This document shows, piece by piece, positions 28,749 through 38,114 of a stretch of 64,000 nucleotides of DNA. Numbering within the stretch: the first letter of the stretch is position 1; every line of letters begins with the position of its first letter. Origin of the DNA: a virus; IMG/VR virus record IMGVR_UViG_3300045988_179151; one strand, written 5' to 3'. The translations under genes and the position numbers were made by a program. The notes under the pieces were generated by a model. It searched no databases and was not told the origin of the DNA. It was given only the letters and a program-made list of their open reading frames with translations.

Positions 28749-29420
28749 ATGGATCATACCGAAACTGAATCACTCGACCAAATTCAGGACTACGTGCAAT
28801 CCTTATTATTTAAAGATAAAGTTTTAAGCGTCAACAAAGCATCACACACAAATAGTATTTACGTGCTGATTACTGACGATAAAACCCAATTATTTAAAAT
28901 CCTACGAATAAGTGATCACAAACGTGCTAGAGGTCGAGAAGTTGATTCAATCAATTCTACAAAAAATGAATTCGCCTTCAAAGCACAAATCCACAAAGCA
29001 CTGTATAACACAAACAACTGGTTCCACGTAGATAGACAACAATATTCTTGCCTAAATTTAATTCCATGGTTAAAAGCCAATAATTACCAATTAAATATCC
29101 AAAACACCGACGTTTATATTATTGATTTAAACGAAACCGCACATCCTCGCACGCGTATCTATTTGAAACCATCACTTCAAGACGAAATTAAAATGCTACT
29201 AAAAATGGGCTTGTTGATTACAAACCCAGACAAAAACGGCTATCAATTGCGATTAACAGGTCCTGCAAAAACCATCATGGATTTAAAACAGAAACAACCC
29301 AAGTACCGCAAACATTGGAGGAAATATTTCGAATCGCAAATCAATATTAATGATTTGTTCGATATCGAAACCGACCACATGTTTGACCGTCGTTATAAAT
29401 CATTCGAACAAAAATATTAG
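28749..29420 (+). CDS. Hypothetical protein (223 aa)
   Basis: ORF with RBS gaaaggaaacc. No motif recognised. Confidence 0.4.
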   Translation: MDHTETESLDQIQDYVQSLLFKDKVLSVNKASHTNSIYVLITDDKTQLFKILRISDHKRARGREVDSINSTKNEFAFKAQIHKALYNTNNWFHVDRQQYSCLNLIPWLKANNYQLNIQNTDVYIIDLNETAHPRTRIYLKPSLQDEIKMLLKMGLLITNPDKNGYQLRLTGPAKTIMDLKQKQPKYRKHWRKYFESQININDLFDIETDHMFDRRYKSFEQKY

Positions 29421-29432
29421 AAAGAAGTAACC

Positions 29433-30107
29433 ATGTCAAAACCCCAACTCATTCATCTATCAGAATCCTACATTAGCGATTATTTAAGACTTTACCACAG
29501 CGAATCGCTTGTAAATGGAAACATTAAAAAATATAATTTTGTCTCTAAACATGCAGGAATGTCTCAAGAACCAAACTTGTTAAGTGTACCATATCGCGCA
29601 GATGCTGTTTGTATTTTCGTTTACAACAAAAATAAAACAAAAATGTTACTTATCAAAGAATTCCGATATCCAGTCAACGATTTCATTATCGGAACCCCCG
29701 CAGGCTTTATCGATCCAAATGAAACTATCGAACAAGCAGCTCTACGTGAACTCTTCGAAGAAGTCGGCTATACAAAAGACCAAGTCACAATTGATTGTAT
29801 TCTCGAAGCATCTTATTCAGCCGTTGGTTTAAGTGACCAACAAGTTGCATCTGTTTTTATCACTGTTGACGATTCTGTCAAACCAAAACAACATCTCGAA
29901 GGCACTGAAACCATTCAATATTTTTGGATTACTCCGCACGATGCAGAATATTTCCTAAAATATAAACAATTCAACAAAGATATCATGCAACAATTAGACT
30001 TACCTGAAAAACCAATTGGAATTGCCGCTCGTACTCAACTAATGCTCAAACAATTCACAGACACCCTACCTAGCGAATCGTTTCGTGCACTTATTGACCA
30101 ACTATAA
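29433..30107 (+). CDS. Nudix hydrolase
   Basis: Perfect Nudix box GFIDPNETIEQAALRELFEEVGY (G-x5-E-x7-REUxEExGU). Confidence 0.7.
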   Translation: MSKPQLIHLSESYISDYLRLYHSESLVNGNIKKYNFVSKHAGMSQEPNLLSVPYRADAVCIFVYNKNKTKMLLIKEFRYPVNDFIIGTPAGFIDPNETIEQAALRELFEEVGYTKDQVTIDCILEASYSAVGLSDQQVASVFITVDDSVKPKQHLEGTETIQYFWITPHDAEYFLKYKQFNKDIMQQLDLPEKPIGIAARTQLMLKQFTDTLPSESFRALIDQL

Positions 30108-30293
30108 TTAGAAAACAGAAAATTATGCCAAAATATTACAGATTTATCTCAAAAGAAGAATGGCAACACATGGTTATCCACTTAAACGAAAATCGTTAAA
30201 CAAACATCAAATCTACTTGAAGCCGATTCTGTTCACGAAATCTCAAACGAAAACTCTTCGTGACCTGAACGAACATCTCAAAAGGACATTCCA

Positions 30294-30494
30294 ATGAAAC
30301 AACTTTTACGAGACATCTATTTATTTCTTTTACGAAAATTCTTGCCGAAATCAGATGAGAACTACTTGATAATTCCAACATCAAATTCATCTATCAAAAA
30401 CACAACAATCATTCAACCAGCTATCTGCGCCGATGATATTGATAGCGCCAATCCACCAAAACTTATCATAATCGACTCAAAAAAAAAGCTCTAA
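30294..30494 (+). CDS. Small hypothetical protein (66 aa)
   Basis: RBS aaaaggacattcca before the ATG. Followed by a terminator. Confidence 0.3.
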   Translation: MKQLLRDIYLFLLRKFLPKSDENYLIIPTSNSSIKNTTIIQPAICADDIDSANPPKLIIIDSKKKL

Positions 30495-30505
30495 ATGATA
30501 ACTAA

Positions 30506-30531
30506 AAAAGCACTTTTACGAGTGCTTTTTA
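30506..30531. terminator. Bidirectional hairpin terminator between convergent genes
   Basis: aaaagcact-tttacg-agtgctttt, with A/T runs on both sides. Confidence 0.6.
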
Positions 30532-30557
30532 TCGTATATCTGAAACGAAACCGACCA

Positions 30558-31037
30558 TTATTCGGGCAGAGTTTCCTGCTCATTATAAATACGGTCACCT
30601 ATTTCGTTCACTATATCTTGCATGTCCGTGCGCATGGCATAGAATAACGCCAAACGTGCCGCCGCCCGAACATCCTGATGGTGGCTCTTTTCAAAGGTCC
30701 ATAAACCACACGCTTTCAAGACACTATCAGGCACGTCAGTGCCGTAGCCCATATTCGATTGCTCAATAATTTCCGGTATAACGGACTTAATCGCCTCGAC
30801 AGTTTGCGTTACAGTATTGTCCCGACCGCCGTCACCATGTCGCACGATGAATTTCTCGACAATTGCGATATCGTATTCTAAATGGGAACCTGTATCGTGC
30901 CACCACTGTAGGAAATTGGTGACGCCGTATGGAACGACCCAGTAATCGATTAGTCGCGTGTTATTAAGAAGCACGATACCAGTGGTCGATGTAGTTTGTT
31001 TATTACTAGATGGATCTATAGATAAAATTCTTGTCAT
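30558..31037 (-). CDS. RuvC-like Holliday junction resolvase (159 aa)
   Basis: MTRILSIDPSSNKQTTSTTGIV matches the RuvC N-terminal catalytic-Asp motif (ILGIDPG...TG). Also DIAIVEKF and C-terminal HHQDVRAAARLALFYA. Confidence 0.55.
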   Translation of the reverse strand: MTRILSIDPSSNKQTTSTTGIVLLNNTRLIDYWVVPYGVTNFLQWWHDTGSHLEYDIAIVEKFIVRHGDGGRDNTVTQTVEAIKSVIPEIIEQSNMGYGTDVPDSVLKACGLWTFEKSHHQDVRAAARLALFYAMRTDMQDIVNEIGDRIYNEQETLPE

Positions 31038-31271
31038 AACTCTATTATACCACTAGTAAACGAAAATCTCAAAAAAAAGTCGCTACCAGATTAGGCTCTA
31101 AAATGCGTTTTAAACACTCTTAATAGAAATTGACATAATCATACGCGAGTCTCGCTAAAACGTCTTATACGTGCGCCTACGCGCTCGTAGACATATTCTA
31201 CTACAAAATCGAACCGTGACTCTATCACGGTTCGTTTTCGAACACGTATTAAAATAAAAGAAAGGATTCCC

Positions 31272-32771
31272 ATGGAAGAATCAATTGCACAAAGCGTCTC
31301 ATCGCTTATTCCCACAATTCTTATTGCACTTGTTGTAATCGGACTCATCTTGACAATTCTAGTTAAAGGCTACGTGAACGCTAAACCAAACGAAGTCGTC
31401 GTTATCACAGGTCTTCGTAAACAACGTCACTTACGAGGTAAAGCCGGATTTATGATTCCGTTCGTTGAACGACGCTCTTATCTTGACATCGAACAATTCT
31501 CAACTGACGTTCGAACCTCAGAAGCCGTTCCAACGCTTGATTTCATTAATGTTCGTGCCGATGCCGCGGTTAAGTTGAAAATCGGAACCACTGACGAAAT
31601 GATTGCCCGCGCTTCAGAAAACTTCTTGAACTGGAATACAAAAGATATTTCAAACTCCGTTCAAGACGTACTAGAAGGAAATCTTCGTGAAGTGATCGGT
31701 CAGATGGAACTTCGTAAGATGGTTAACGACCGTCAAGAATTCGCTTCAAAAGTACAAGACAACGTAGCACCTGACTTGGCTAAAATGGGTCTGGAAGTCA
31801 TCGCCTTTACCGTTCAATCTTTCTCTGATGAAGGTGGCGTTATCGATAACCTCGGTATTGAAAACGTTGAAACCATCAAGAAAGATGCATCTATCGCGAA
31901 AGCTCGAGCTGAACGTGAACGTAAAGAAGTTGAAGCAGAGCAAGACAAACTCGCTAACGACAAACGTGTTGAAGCGGATCTAGCTATTGCTCAAAAACAA
32001 AACGAACTAGCTCTTCGTAGAGCCGCTCTGAAACAAGAAGCTGACATTGCTCAAGCTAAAGCAGATGCTGCTCGTGGTATCGAAGCTGAAGTTCAACGTC
32101 GTGAACAAGAGCGCGTGGCCGCTGAAGCCAACATCATGAAACAAGAAAAAGAAGCTGAAGTTAAGGAACGTGAAGTTAAAGTCCGTGAACAAGAATTAGA
32201 CGCTAACGTCCGTAAGCAAGCGGAAGCTGAGAAATACGCTCGTCAACAAGCCGCAGAAGCTGAATTAATTGAACGTCAACGCAAGGCCGAAGCTGAGCTC
32301 TTTGAAACACAAAAAGAAGCAGAAGCTCGTAAAGCTCAAGCCGAAGCTGAGAAGTTTGCTCAATTGCAAGAAGCTGAAGCTATTGAGGCTAAAGGTCGTG
32401 CAGAAGCTGAAGCTATTCGTTTGAAACTAGAAGCCGAAGCCAAAGGTTTGGATCAAAAGGCAGAAGCGATGAAGAAAATGCAAGAAGCAGCCATTACCGA
32501 AATGGTTGTCGACAAATTGCCTGAAATTGCACGTGCCGTTGCAGCACCACTTAGCAAAGTTGACAAAATCACTATGTACGGGGAAGGTAACTCTGGTAAA
32601 CTCGTTGGTGATATCATGTCCAGCATGGACCAAATTACAAACGGAATGGGCTTGAACATTCAAGAACTCATCACCGCAACACTTACCGGTCGAGCTATGG
32701 GTCGTGCTCAAGCAGAAGCTATCGACGCACCAGTCGTTGAACCTTCAACTGACGACGAACCATTCACCTAA
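31272..32771 (+). CDS. Flotillin / SPFH (band-7) family membrane protein with a long EA-rich coiled coil
   Basis: N-terminal TM (LIPTILIALVVIGLILTILV), an SPFH-like region, then about 200 aa of AEAE/KQ-rich coiled coil. Confidence 0.6.
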   Translation: MEESIAQSVSSLIPTILIALVVIGLILTILVKGYVNAKPNEVVVITGLRKQRHLRGKAGFMIPFVERRSYLDIEQFSTDVRTSEAVPTLDFINVRADAAVKLKIGTTDEMIARASENFLNWNTKDISNSVQDVLEGNLREVIGQMELRKMVNDRQEFASKVQDNVAPDLAKMGLEVIAFTVQSFSDEGGVIDNLGIENVETIKKDASIAKARAERERKEVEAEQDKLANDKRVEADLAIAQKQNELALRRAALKQEADIAQAKADAARGIEAEVQRREQERVAAEANIMKQEKEAEVKEREVKVREQELDANVRKQAEAEKYARQQAAEAELIERQRKAEAELFETQKEAEARKAQAEAEKFAQLQEAEAIEAKGRAEAEAIRLKLEAEAKGLDQKAEAMKKMQEAAITEMVVDKLPEIARAVAAPLSKVDKITMYGEGNSGKLVGDIMSSMDQITNGMGLNIQELITATLTGRAMGRAQAEAIDAPVVEPSTDDEPFT

Positions 32772-32781
32772 TCACATTAAA

Positions 32782-32812
32782 AGACATTCCAAGTTGGAGT
32801 GTCTTTTTTTAT
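32782..32812 (+). terminator. Rho-independent terminator
   Basis: agacattcc-aagtt-ggagtgtct followed by ttttttt. Confidence 0.6.
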
Positions 32813-33243
32813 TTATAATTTAACATCTAATCTTTTTGTCTTTTTCATCGACTAACGTCGCTTCGCGCACTTATCCATATAATTCATTCTTCTTTTCATC
32901 TCGAAGCCAACCCAAGGTTGACTTCGTTTTAAATTTTGAATGAACTAAAGAGAATTGCGCTTTATAGTTAAAACCAAATGATAAACTCATTTGTTTTTAA
33001 TTTCTCTCTCTCCGCTACATTCGTAACTATTCTCAATCACATCTTAGAATTAAGATATTGAGAAAGACTTTGGCTCTGGCTTGCATTACCTTTTTCATAT
33101 ATTCGTTAAAACAATTGATACTCCTATGAAAATTTCCATATTGAAAATCAAAAACTTAAAAACAACAATCAATCGTTTTAACACCTCATTTAGCCAAGGT
33201 CTCTCCCAGTATCTTAATCGAACTCGTAGAAAGGATCTCACTC

Positions 33244-33948
33244 GTGTATATTGCAACTAACAAACCTTACGCTGTCTTCGTATTAGGCGCAGGCGGAACC
33301 GGTTCATGGTTATGTTCGTTCCTTGACAAAATGTCATTACACAATAATGTTATTGTCATGGACGGGGATATCGTTGAACCAAAAAATGTTCTCCGCCAAA
33401 ACTTCAAAATGCAGGACGTCAACGCTAACAAAGCAGAAGTCGTTGGAAAAAACAATATGATGAGCTACGTACATGGCTTCATCACAGACACAAGTATCTT
33501 CCATCAAATTCTTGAAGAATTCCCCAAAGATACCATTCCAATGCTCATCGGCTGTCTCGACAACAATGCATCTCGTAAAATTGCTCATGACTTCGTAAAC
33601 GAAGTTGACAACGCCGTTTGGATTGATGGCGGTAACGCTGAACGACACGGTCAAGCTTACGTCTGCATCAAAGAGAACGGACAAATTGTCGAAGGCTTCG
33701 AATCACCTATCGCTATCGAACCCGCTTTCCAAAACTTTGAAGGTGACGAACGTCGTCCAGACCAAATCTCCTGTGCGGAACATTCTGAAAGTGCTCCCCA
33801 GAACGTTACAGCAAACGTAACATCCGCTAACGTGCTTTTCAACATCATGACCATCTTCTTAAATGGCGGTGCTTTGATGACCAATAAATTCATCTTTGAC
33901 ACTCGAACCATCACTGTCACACCTATGATGGCTCAATCTAACGCATAA
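33244..33948 (+). CDS. E1-like (ThiF/MoeB-family) adenylation-domain protein (234 aa, GTG start)
   Basis: VFVLGAGGTGSWL is a GxGxxG Rossmann motif. MDGDIVEPKNVLRQNF matches the ThiF/E1 D.D.VE.SNLNRQ motif. RBS agaaaggat. Confidence 0.5.
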   Translation: MYIATNKPYAVFVLGAGGTGSWLCSFLDKMSLHNNVIVMDGDIVEPKNVLRQNFKMQDVNANKAEVVGKNNMMSYVHGFITDTSIFHQILEEFPKDTIPMLIGCLDNNASRKIAHDFVNEVDNAVWIDGGNAERHGQAYVCIKENGQIVEGFESPIAIEPAFQNFEGDERRPDQISCAEHSESAPQNVTANVTSANVLFNIMTIFLNGGALMTNKFIFDTRTITVTPMMAQSNA

Positions 33949-34039
33949 AAATAATCAACTTGACCGCTATGTCATTAAACTGGCAAAAAACATATTTAAA
34001 GAAAGGGCATAAGATAAATCTTATGCAGGTAATGCAAAA

Positions 34040-34693
34040 ATGGCATTCGAAAATATCCAAAAAATCAACATCATTGGCGCTCCCGAAATCGCTGTACCAT
34101 CAACAATGACTGTTGAACAAGTACTTCAAACTATGAACTATAACTTGTCTGACTACGAACAACGCGTAGAAGGCTCAACTCTTATCTTGTCAGCCGCGGC
34201 CGGCTCTAAAGGTGCGCTTGAAAACCGTATCGTTGACGGACGTCTCTTGCCTGTCGGAGGTTCTACGTTCCCAACAGACCAAGATATCGAACTTCTTGCA
34301 TCTCTTCCTCAATTCCAAGATGACAACTTCTTCGAAACAGTGGAAGACCCAGCTAAATTGCAAGAATACTATGACTACTTGACAACCAACGCAGAACAAA
34401 TCTTGCAAAATCAAGCCGCTGCACACCGTGCAAAACTTGAAGAAGACGCCAAAGAAGCTGTCGCTAAATTAACAGAAGTTCTTGACGCTGTCACATATTA
34501 CGCAACTAAAGTTGGAAACCCAATCCAACCAGCTATCACTAGTTTCGTAAAAGACTCTATTCAAAAATTTGAAAACTTTGCAGAATTGGCAAAAGCATCT
34601 GACATCGCAGCACTTCGTGCAGCTCGTGAAGAAGAAGCCGAAGCAACGCTTGTTGAAGAAGTTGAAGCGCAAATTGCAGCTGATCAAGACTAA
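34040..34693 (+). CDS. Acidic alpha-helical hypothetical protein (217 aa)
   Basis: Glu/Asp/Ala-rich. Ends ...EEVEAQIAADQD with no Gly-Gly terminus. Followed by a terminator. Confidence 0.4.
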   Translation: MAFENIQKINIIGAPEIAVPSTMTVEQVLQTMNYNLSDYEQRVEGSTLILSAAAGSKGALENRIVDGRLLPVGGSTFPTDQDIELLASLPQFQDDNFFETVEDPAKLQEYYDYLTTNAEQILQNQAAAHRAKLEEDAKEAVAKLTEVLDAVTYYATKVGNPIQPAITSFVKDSIQKFENFAELAKASDIAALRAAREEEAEATLVEEVEAQIAADQD

Positions 34694-34700
34694 TTCAGCT

Positions 34701-34730
34701 AAATAGGTGGTTCATTCGAGCCACCTATTT
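34701..34730 (+). terminator. Rho-independent terminator
   Basis: aaataggtgg-ttcattcgag-ccacctattt, a perfect 10-bp stem. Confidence 0.6.
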
Positions 34731-34814
34731 GCGCTTATGGCGAAACTGGCAGACGCGCAAGACTCAACGTCTTGTATCCTTTTGGACGTCTAGGTTCGAA
34801 TCCTAGTAAGCGCC
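34731..34814 (+). tRNA. tRNA-Leu (anticodon CAA), type II with a long variable arm
   Basis: Acceptor gcgctta/taagcgc; anticodon stem caaga/tcttg with loop ctCAAcg; T-arm ctagg-ttcgaat-cctag; long variable arm; no encoded CCA. Confidence 0.6.
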
Positions 34815-34836
34815 TTAATATAATAAAGTAAAGGAA

Positions 34837-36195
34837 ATGCAAATGACAAACTTTAGTAATACAGCATCCAAATTTGGATCTACCACTCGCACTATCAAAA
34901 TGGATAAAACATTTGATTTTAACAGTTTCTTATCTAAAACATTCTTAGAACCAAACCCTGAAAAATTTGAACCAACAAGTCTCGCACACATCAACGATGA
35001 GACAATCACCAAAGGTGTTCTTAAAACAATGATCGTTGCCGGAAACGGAGCTTTCAATTTAATTCCATCCAAATACGGATTCTCTATCCAAAGCAATAAC
35101 GAATCAGCCTTGGGCCCTGCATACCCATCACTCGCAAACGGATGTTTCATCACAGAAAACCCGGCTCCAAAACTACCACGAAAAGCTTTGGAAACTGTTA
35201 TGGAATGGTACCGTCGAATCACGTTCAAAAACGGTGAAGAAGCTCAAGTCGTATTCTACTGGAATCAATACAAATTTGAAACTATTAAAGACGACATGGG
35301 CGTAGAACACGTCATTAAAGACATTCCTGGCGTTCATTTTTGGACTGACGAATTATTCTCATACACTCCAAAACAATACAACCATGGAACTTTGACTGAA
35401 GTTGCTGAAGAAGATGAATGGTACGAAGTCTTTAACCGAAACTTCGGAATGTACGTCGAAACCCATTCTCATAACAAAATGGACGCATTCGCATCCGGAA
35501 CCGATGAAGATAACTCAGCTAATGACGGCTTCCAATTGGTCTTCGGTCGATTGGACACTGAAAACCCGATTATGTATTCGTGGATGACCATGAACCGTGT
35601 TCTTCGTCTTGGTATGCAAGAACATGAACTTGCAAAAATCATGGAAATGAACCCATCTAGTCACTACGACACAGCAACAGAAAAACTTGTCTATAAAGCA
35701 AATGATTTAACATTTGACGACTCTCTATTCGACGAATGGGACAAACAAGTTATTCCACGACCAGTACGCCCAGTTACAACAACCACTACCTACGGACAAA
35801 CCGGTAGATATGGCGGATATTGGGATAACTACTACGATGAATACTATGGTGGTTACTACGGATCATCAAACCGTTACGCTTATGGCAAAGGATACAAACA
35901 ACCTAAAAACCAATACGCCGCTCGTTCAAAAGAAGAAAAAGAAGATTTCATCCGTACAACTGTTGCTGACGTTCTCGATCAATCTGTTGTCTATCAAATC
36001 TTGCGCTCTCAAGACGAAGGCATCGACCTCGACATCGTTACAAGTCTTATTGAAGAAGCATTCGTTCGTGGATATAAAGCCCATGAAAAACAACCAACTG
36101 TTTTCTCTCAATTCAATGAAAAACGAATTGAAACAGCAATCCGAACAGAAGCTCGTGATATTCTAGAATCATGTTACGAAGTTAGCGACATCTAA
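34837..36195 (+). CDS. JAB/MPN (JAMM) metalloprotease-domain protein with a Tyr/Gly-rich low-complexity C-terminal region (452 aa)
   Basis: ETHSHNKMDAFASGTD matches the JAMM motif H-x-H-x7-S-x2-D exactly, with an upstream Glu. C-terminal ...GRYGGYWDNYYDEYYGGYYGSSNRYAYGKGY. Confidence 0.6.
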   Translation: MQMTNFSNTASKFGSTTRTIKMDKTFDFNSFLSKTFLEPNPEKFEPTSLAHINDETITKGVLKTMIVAGNGAFNLIPSKYGFSIQSNNESALGPAYPSLANGCFITENPAPKLPRKALETVMEWYRRITFKNGEEAQVVFYWNQYKFETIKDDMGVEHVIKDIPGVHFWTDELFSYTPKQYNHGTLTEVAEEDEWYEVFNRNFGMYVETHSHNKMDAFASGTDEDNSANDGFQLVFGRLDTENPIMYSWMTMNRVLRLGMQEHELAKIMEMNPSSHYDTATEKLVYKANDLTFDDSLFDEWDKQVIPRPVRPVTTTTTYGQTGRYGGYWDNYYDEYYGGYYGSSNRYAYGKGYKQPKNQYAARSKEEKEDFIRTTVADVLDQSVVYQILRSQDEGIDLDIVTSLIEEAFVRGYKAHEKQPTVFSQFNEKRIETAIRTEARDILESCYEVSDI

Positions 36196-36197
36196 TA

Positions 36198-36229
36198 AGT
36201 CGAGGTCGTATGACCTTGACTTATTTTTA
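36198..36229 (+). terminator. Rho-independent terminator
   Basis: aagtcgaggtc-gtat-gaccttgactt followed by atttttat. Confidence 0.6.
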
Positions 36230-36245
36230 TTAGAAAGGACCAAAC

Positions 36246-36494
36246 ATGCAACCTAAATTTGATATTGGCGATACAGTTCTCATTCTAGATTTAACCGACG
36301 AACAAAAAAGAAACTACGGGCCCTCATGGGTGCGTGGTATGAATGAATACATAAATCAACAAGCTGTAATCTTAGATAAAACTGAGGTAAGAAACCAATA
36401 CAGATATAAGATCAATTTGGACTCCGGCTTGTATTGGTGGGACTCCGTTAGTTTCCAAAAAGGAATCGCAAACAATCAACTACTATGGTTCTAG
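36246..36494 (+). CDS. Small protein, family A (C-terminal ...NNQLLWF)
   Basis: RBS aaaggaccaaac. C-terminus matches the shared NNQQLW[IFL] motif. Confidence 0.5.
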   Translation: MQPKFDIGDTVLILDLTDEQKRNYGPSWVRGMNEYINQQAVILDKTEVRNQYRYKINLDSGLYWWDSVSFQKGIANNQLLWF

Positions 36495-36506
36495 ACGGGA
36501 TAATAC

Positions 36507-36791
36507 ATGGACAAACCTCAACCAAAATTCAAACCAGGTGATACCGTTCGCATCAAAGATCTACCAGATTTCGAATTGCGCGCTCAATCACATGGTTGGC
36601 TCACAGAGATGGACCAATATATTGGACAAACCTTAACAATCAACCGCGCCATATATCGTCAGAATACAAACGCAACTATTAATCACCGAGACGAATACGT
36701 ATGGGTGTATATCGTCCATGAAAATAACTGGACTTTCGAGGAATACGTCCTCGAACCCTATACAGATAACTGCCAACTTGTTTGGATTTAA
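36507..36791 (+). CDS. Small protein, family A (C-terminal ...NCQLVWI)
   Basis: KFKPGDTVRIKDLPDFELRAQSHGW is shared with the next paralog. Confidence 0.5.
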   Translation: MDKPQPKFKPGDTVRIKDLPDFELRAQSHGWLTEMDQYIGQTLTINRAIYRQNTNATINHRDEYVWVYIVHENNWTFEEYVLEPYTDNCQLVWI

Positions 36792-36808
36792 CTATAAAAA
36801 GGATACCT

Positions 36809-37102
36809 ATGGATAAACCTCAACCAAAATTCAACAGAGGTGATAAGGTTCATATCAAAAATTTACCACATTCTGAACTAGAAACCCAATCACATGGTTG
36901 GAATCATCTTATGGACGGATATATTGGACGAACACTAACAATCAAAGATCCTTCATATCGTTGCAATACAAACATTGAACAAAATGGTCGAAATGAACAA
37001 GTGTGGATATATTTTGTTCGTGAAACCGGCTGGTCTTTCGAAGAACACGTCCTTGAACCACACATAGACAAGATAAACAATCACCAACTTGTTTGGATTT
37101 AA
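36809..37102 (+). CDS. Small protein, family A (C-terminal ...NNHQLVWI)
   Basis: Start MDKPQPKF after RBS aaaaaggatacct. Paralog of 36507. Confidence 0.5.
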   Translation: MDKPQPKFNRGDKVHIKNLPHSELETQSHGWNHLMDGYIGRTLTIKDPSYRCNTNIEQNGRNEQVWIYFVRETGWSFEEHVLEPHIDKINNHQLVWI

Positions 37103-37120
37103 CTATAGAAAGGAAAACCT

Positions 37121-37393
37121 ATGTTCGAAAAATTAATCGCAGTTGTTTCAATTGAAGAAAAACCTGTACCCGAAGAAACAACGCCAACTACAACAGAATT
37201 AGAACCTCAAACCGAACCCGCAACTGAAGACCAATCACTACCTGAACCAACAACTGAAAGTCAAGCTCATATTGACTGGCGACAAAAAAAAGAACAATTC
37301 ATTCAACAATTCTGCCACGGGGAAGAACCAACTGGCGGATTAGCTGAAATTATGGCTGCATCTATTGGCGCTGAACCTGAATTTTACGCATAG
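37121..37393 (+). CDS. Small acidic Pro/Glu/Thr-rich protein (90 aa)
   Basis: RBS agaaaggaaaacct. Low-complexity EPxTEP repeats. Confidence 0.4.
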   Translation: MFEKLIAVVSIEEKPVPEETTPTTTELEPQTEPATEDQSLPEPTTESQAHIDWRQKKEQFIQQFCHGEEPTGGLAEIMAASIGAEPEFYA

Positions 37394-37406
37394 AAAGGAC
37401 AAAATC

Positions 37407-38099
37407 GTGAATATTTTCGATAATTCTATCCGACGCTTCACAAACATCGTCACACCCATTACACGTAAAGAAAAAACAACTAAAGAATTACCTTTAGCTG
37501 TTGGTCTTTACACTCAAAATATCACAACAGAAGCATTCGACTTCTTACAAATGTACTATCACGGTGGCGGTGTTTACACCGCCGTATCGTTTGTTCTTGA
37601 CAACAAACAAGGACTCCGCGTATCCCATGGAAAATTAGTTGAAGACTTATTAAACTATCCGGAACAGCCCCGAAAAGTCAAAAAGTTAGAAGTCTTTGAA
37701 AACCCGATTAACGGAAAACCTGTTGCAACAAATCTACGAATCAAAACGATTGGAACATTTGCTGTAAATGACGATTCCGCATTAAAGGAACAATTAGTTA
37801 CAAACGGTATTGCCATCGCAACCTTTGATAATAAAACGTTCCAACTCATCGACGCTCGCCACAGTGATTATGAACACGAACTTGGCATTTGGTATTCACC
37901 AACAAGCCAATTCACCGAACTCCGCACTGAACCAAATGGGGATTTCATCAAGGCCGTACAAACTGTTCGTTCTCAAGCAAATCAAAACATCAACGTCGAA
38001 CCAGCACATATCGCACAAAAACTATTAACATACACATTCCCAATCCTACAAAAACAGCTCTTTTATGACATTATTCAACCATGTTTAGCGACACGTTAA
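37407..38099 (+). CDS. Hypothetical protein (about 230 aa, probable GTG start)
   Basis: RBS agaaaggacaaaatc before GTG. No motif recognised. Confidence 0.4.
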   Translation: MNIFDNSIRRFTNIVTPITRKEKTTKELPLAVGLYTQNITTEAFDFLQMYYHGGGVYTAVSFVLDNKQGLRVSHGKLVEDLLNYPEQPRKVKKLEVFENPINGKPVATNLRIKTIGTFAVNDDSALKEQLVTNGIAIATFDNKTFQLIDARHSDYEHELGIWYSPTSQFTELRTEPNGDFIKAVQTVRSQANQNINVEPAHIAQKLLTYTFPILQKQLFYDIIQPCLATR

Positions 38100-38114
38100 C
38101 GAAAGGATCTGTAT

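Noticed and set aside
33267-34687. Multiple minus-strand and alternate-frame ORFs overlapping the E1-like and acidic-protein genes (33267-33455, 33337-33684, 33605-33820, 33657-33920, 34190-34426, 34469-34687)
   Set aside because: They are embedded in better-supported plus-strand genes, lack RBSs, and have odd Cys/Phe-rich composition typical of antisense noise.
33244-36195. CBASS Cap2/Cap3 (E1/E2 plus JAB) interpretation of the E1-like/JAB pair
   Set aside because: There is no CD-NTase or effector nearby, and the E1-like protein is too small to be an E1-E2 fusion. The operon content is phage-like.
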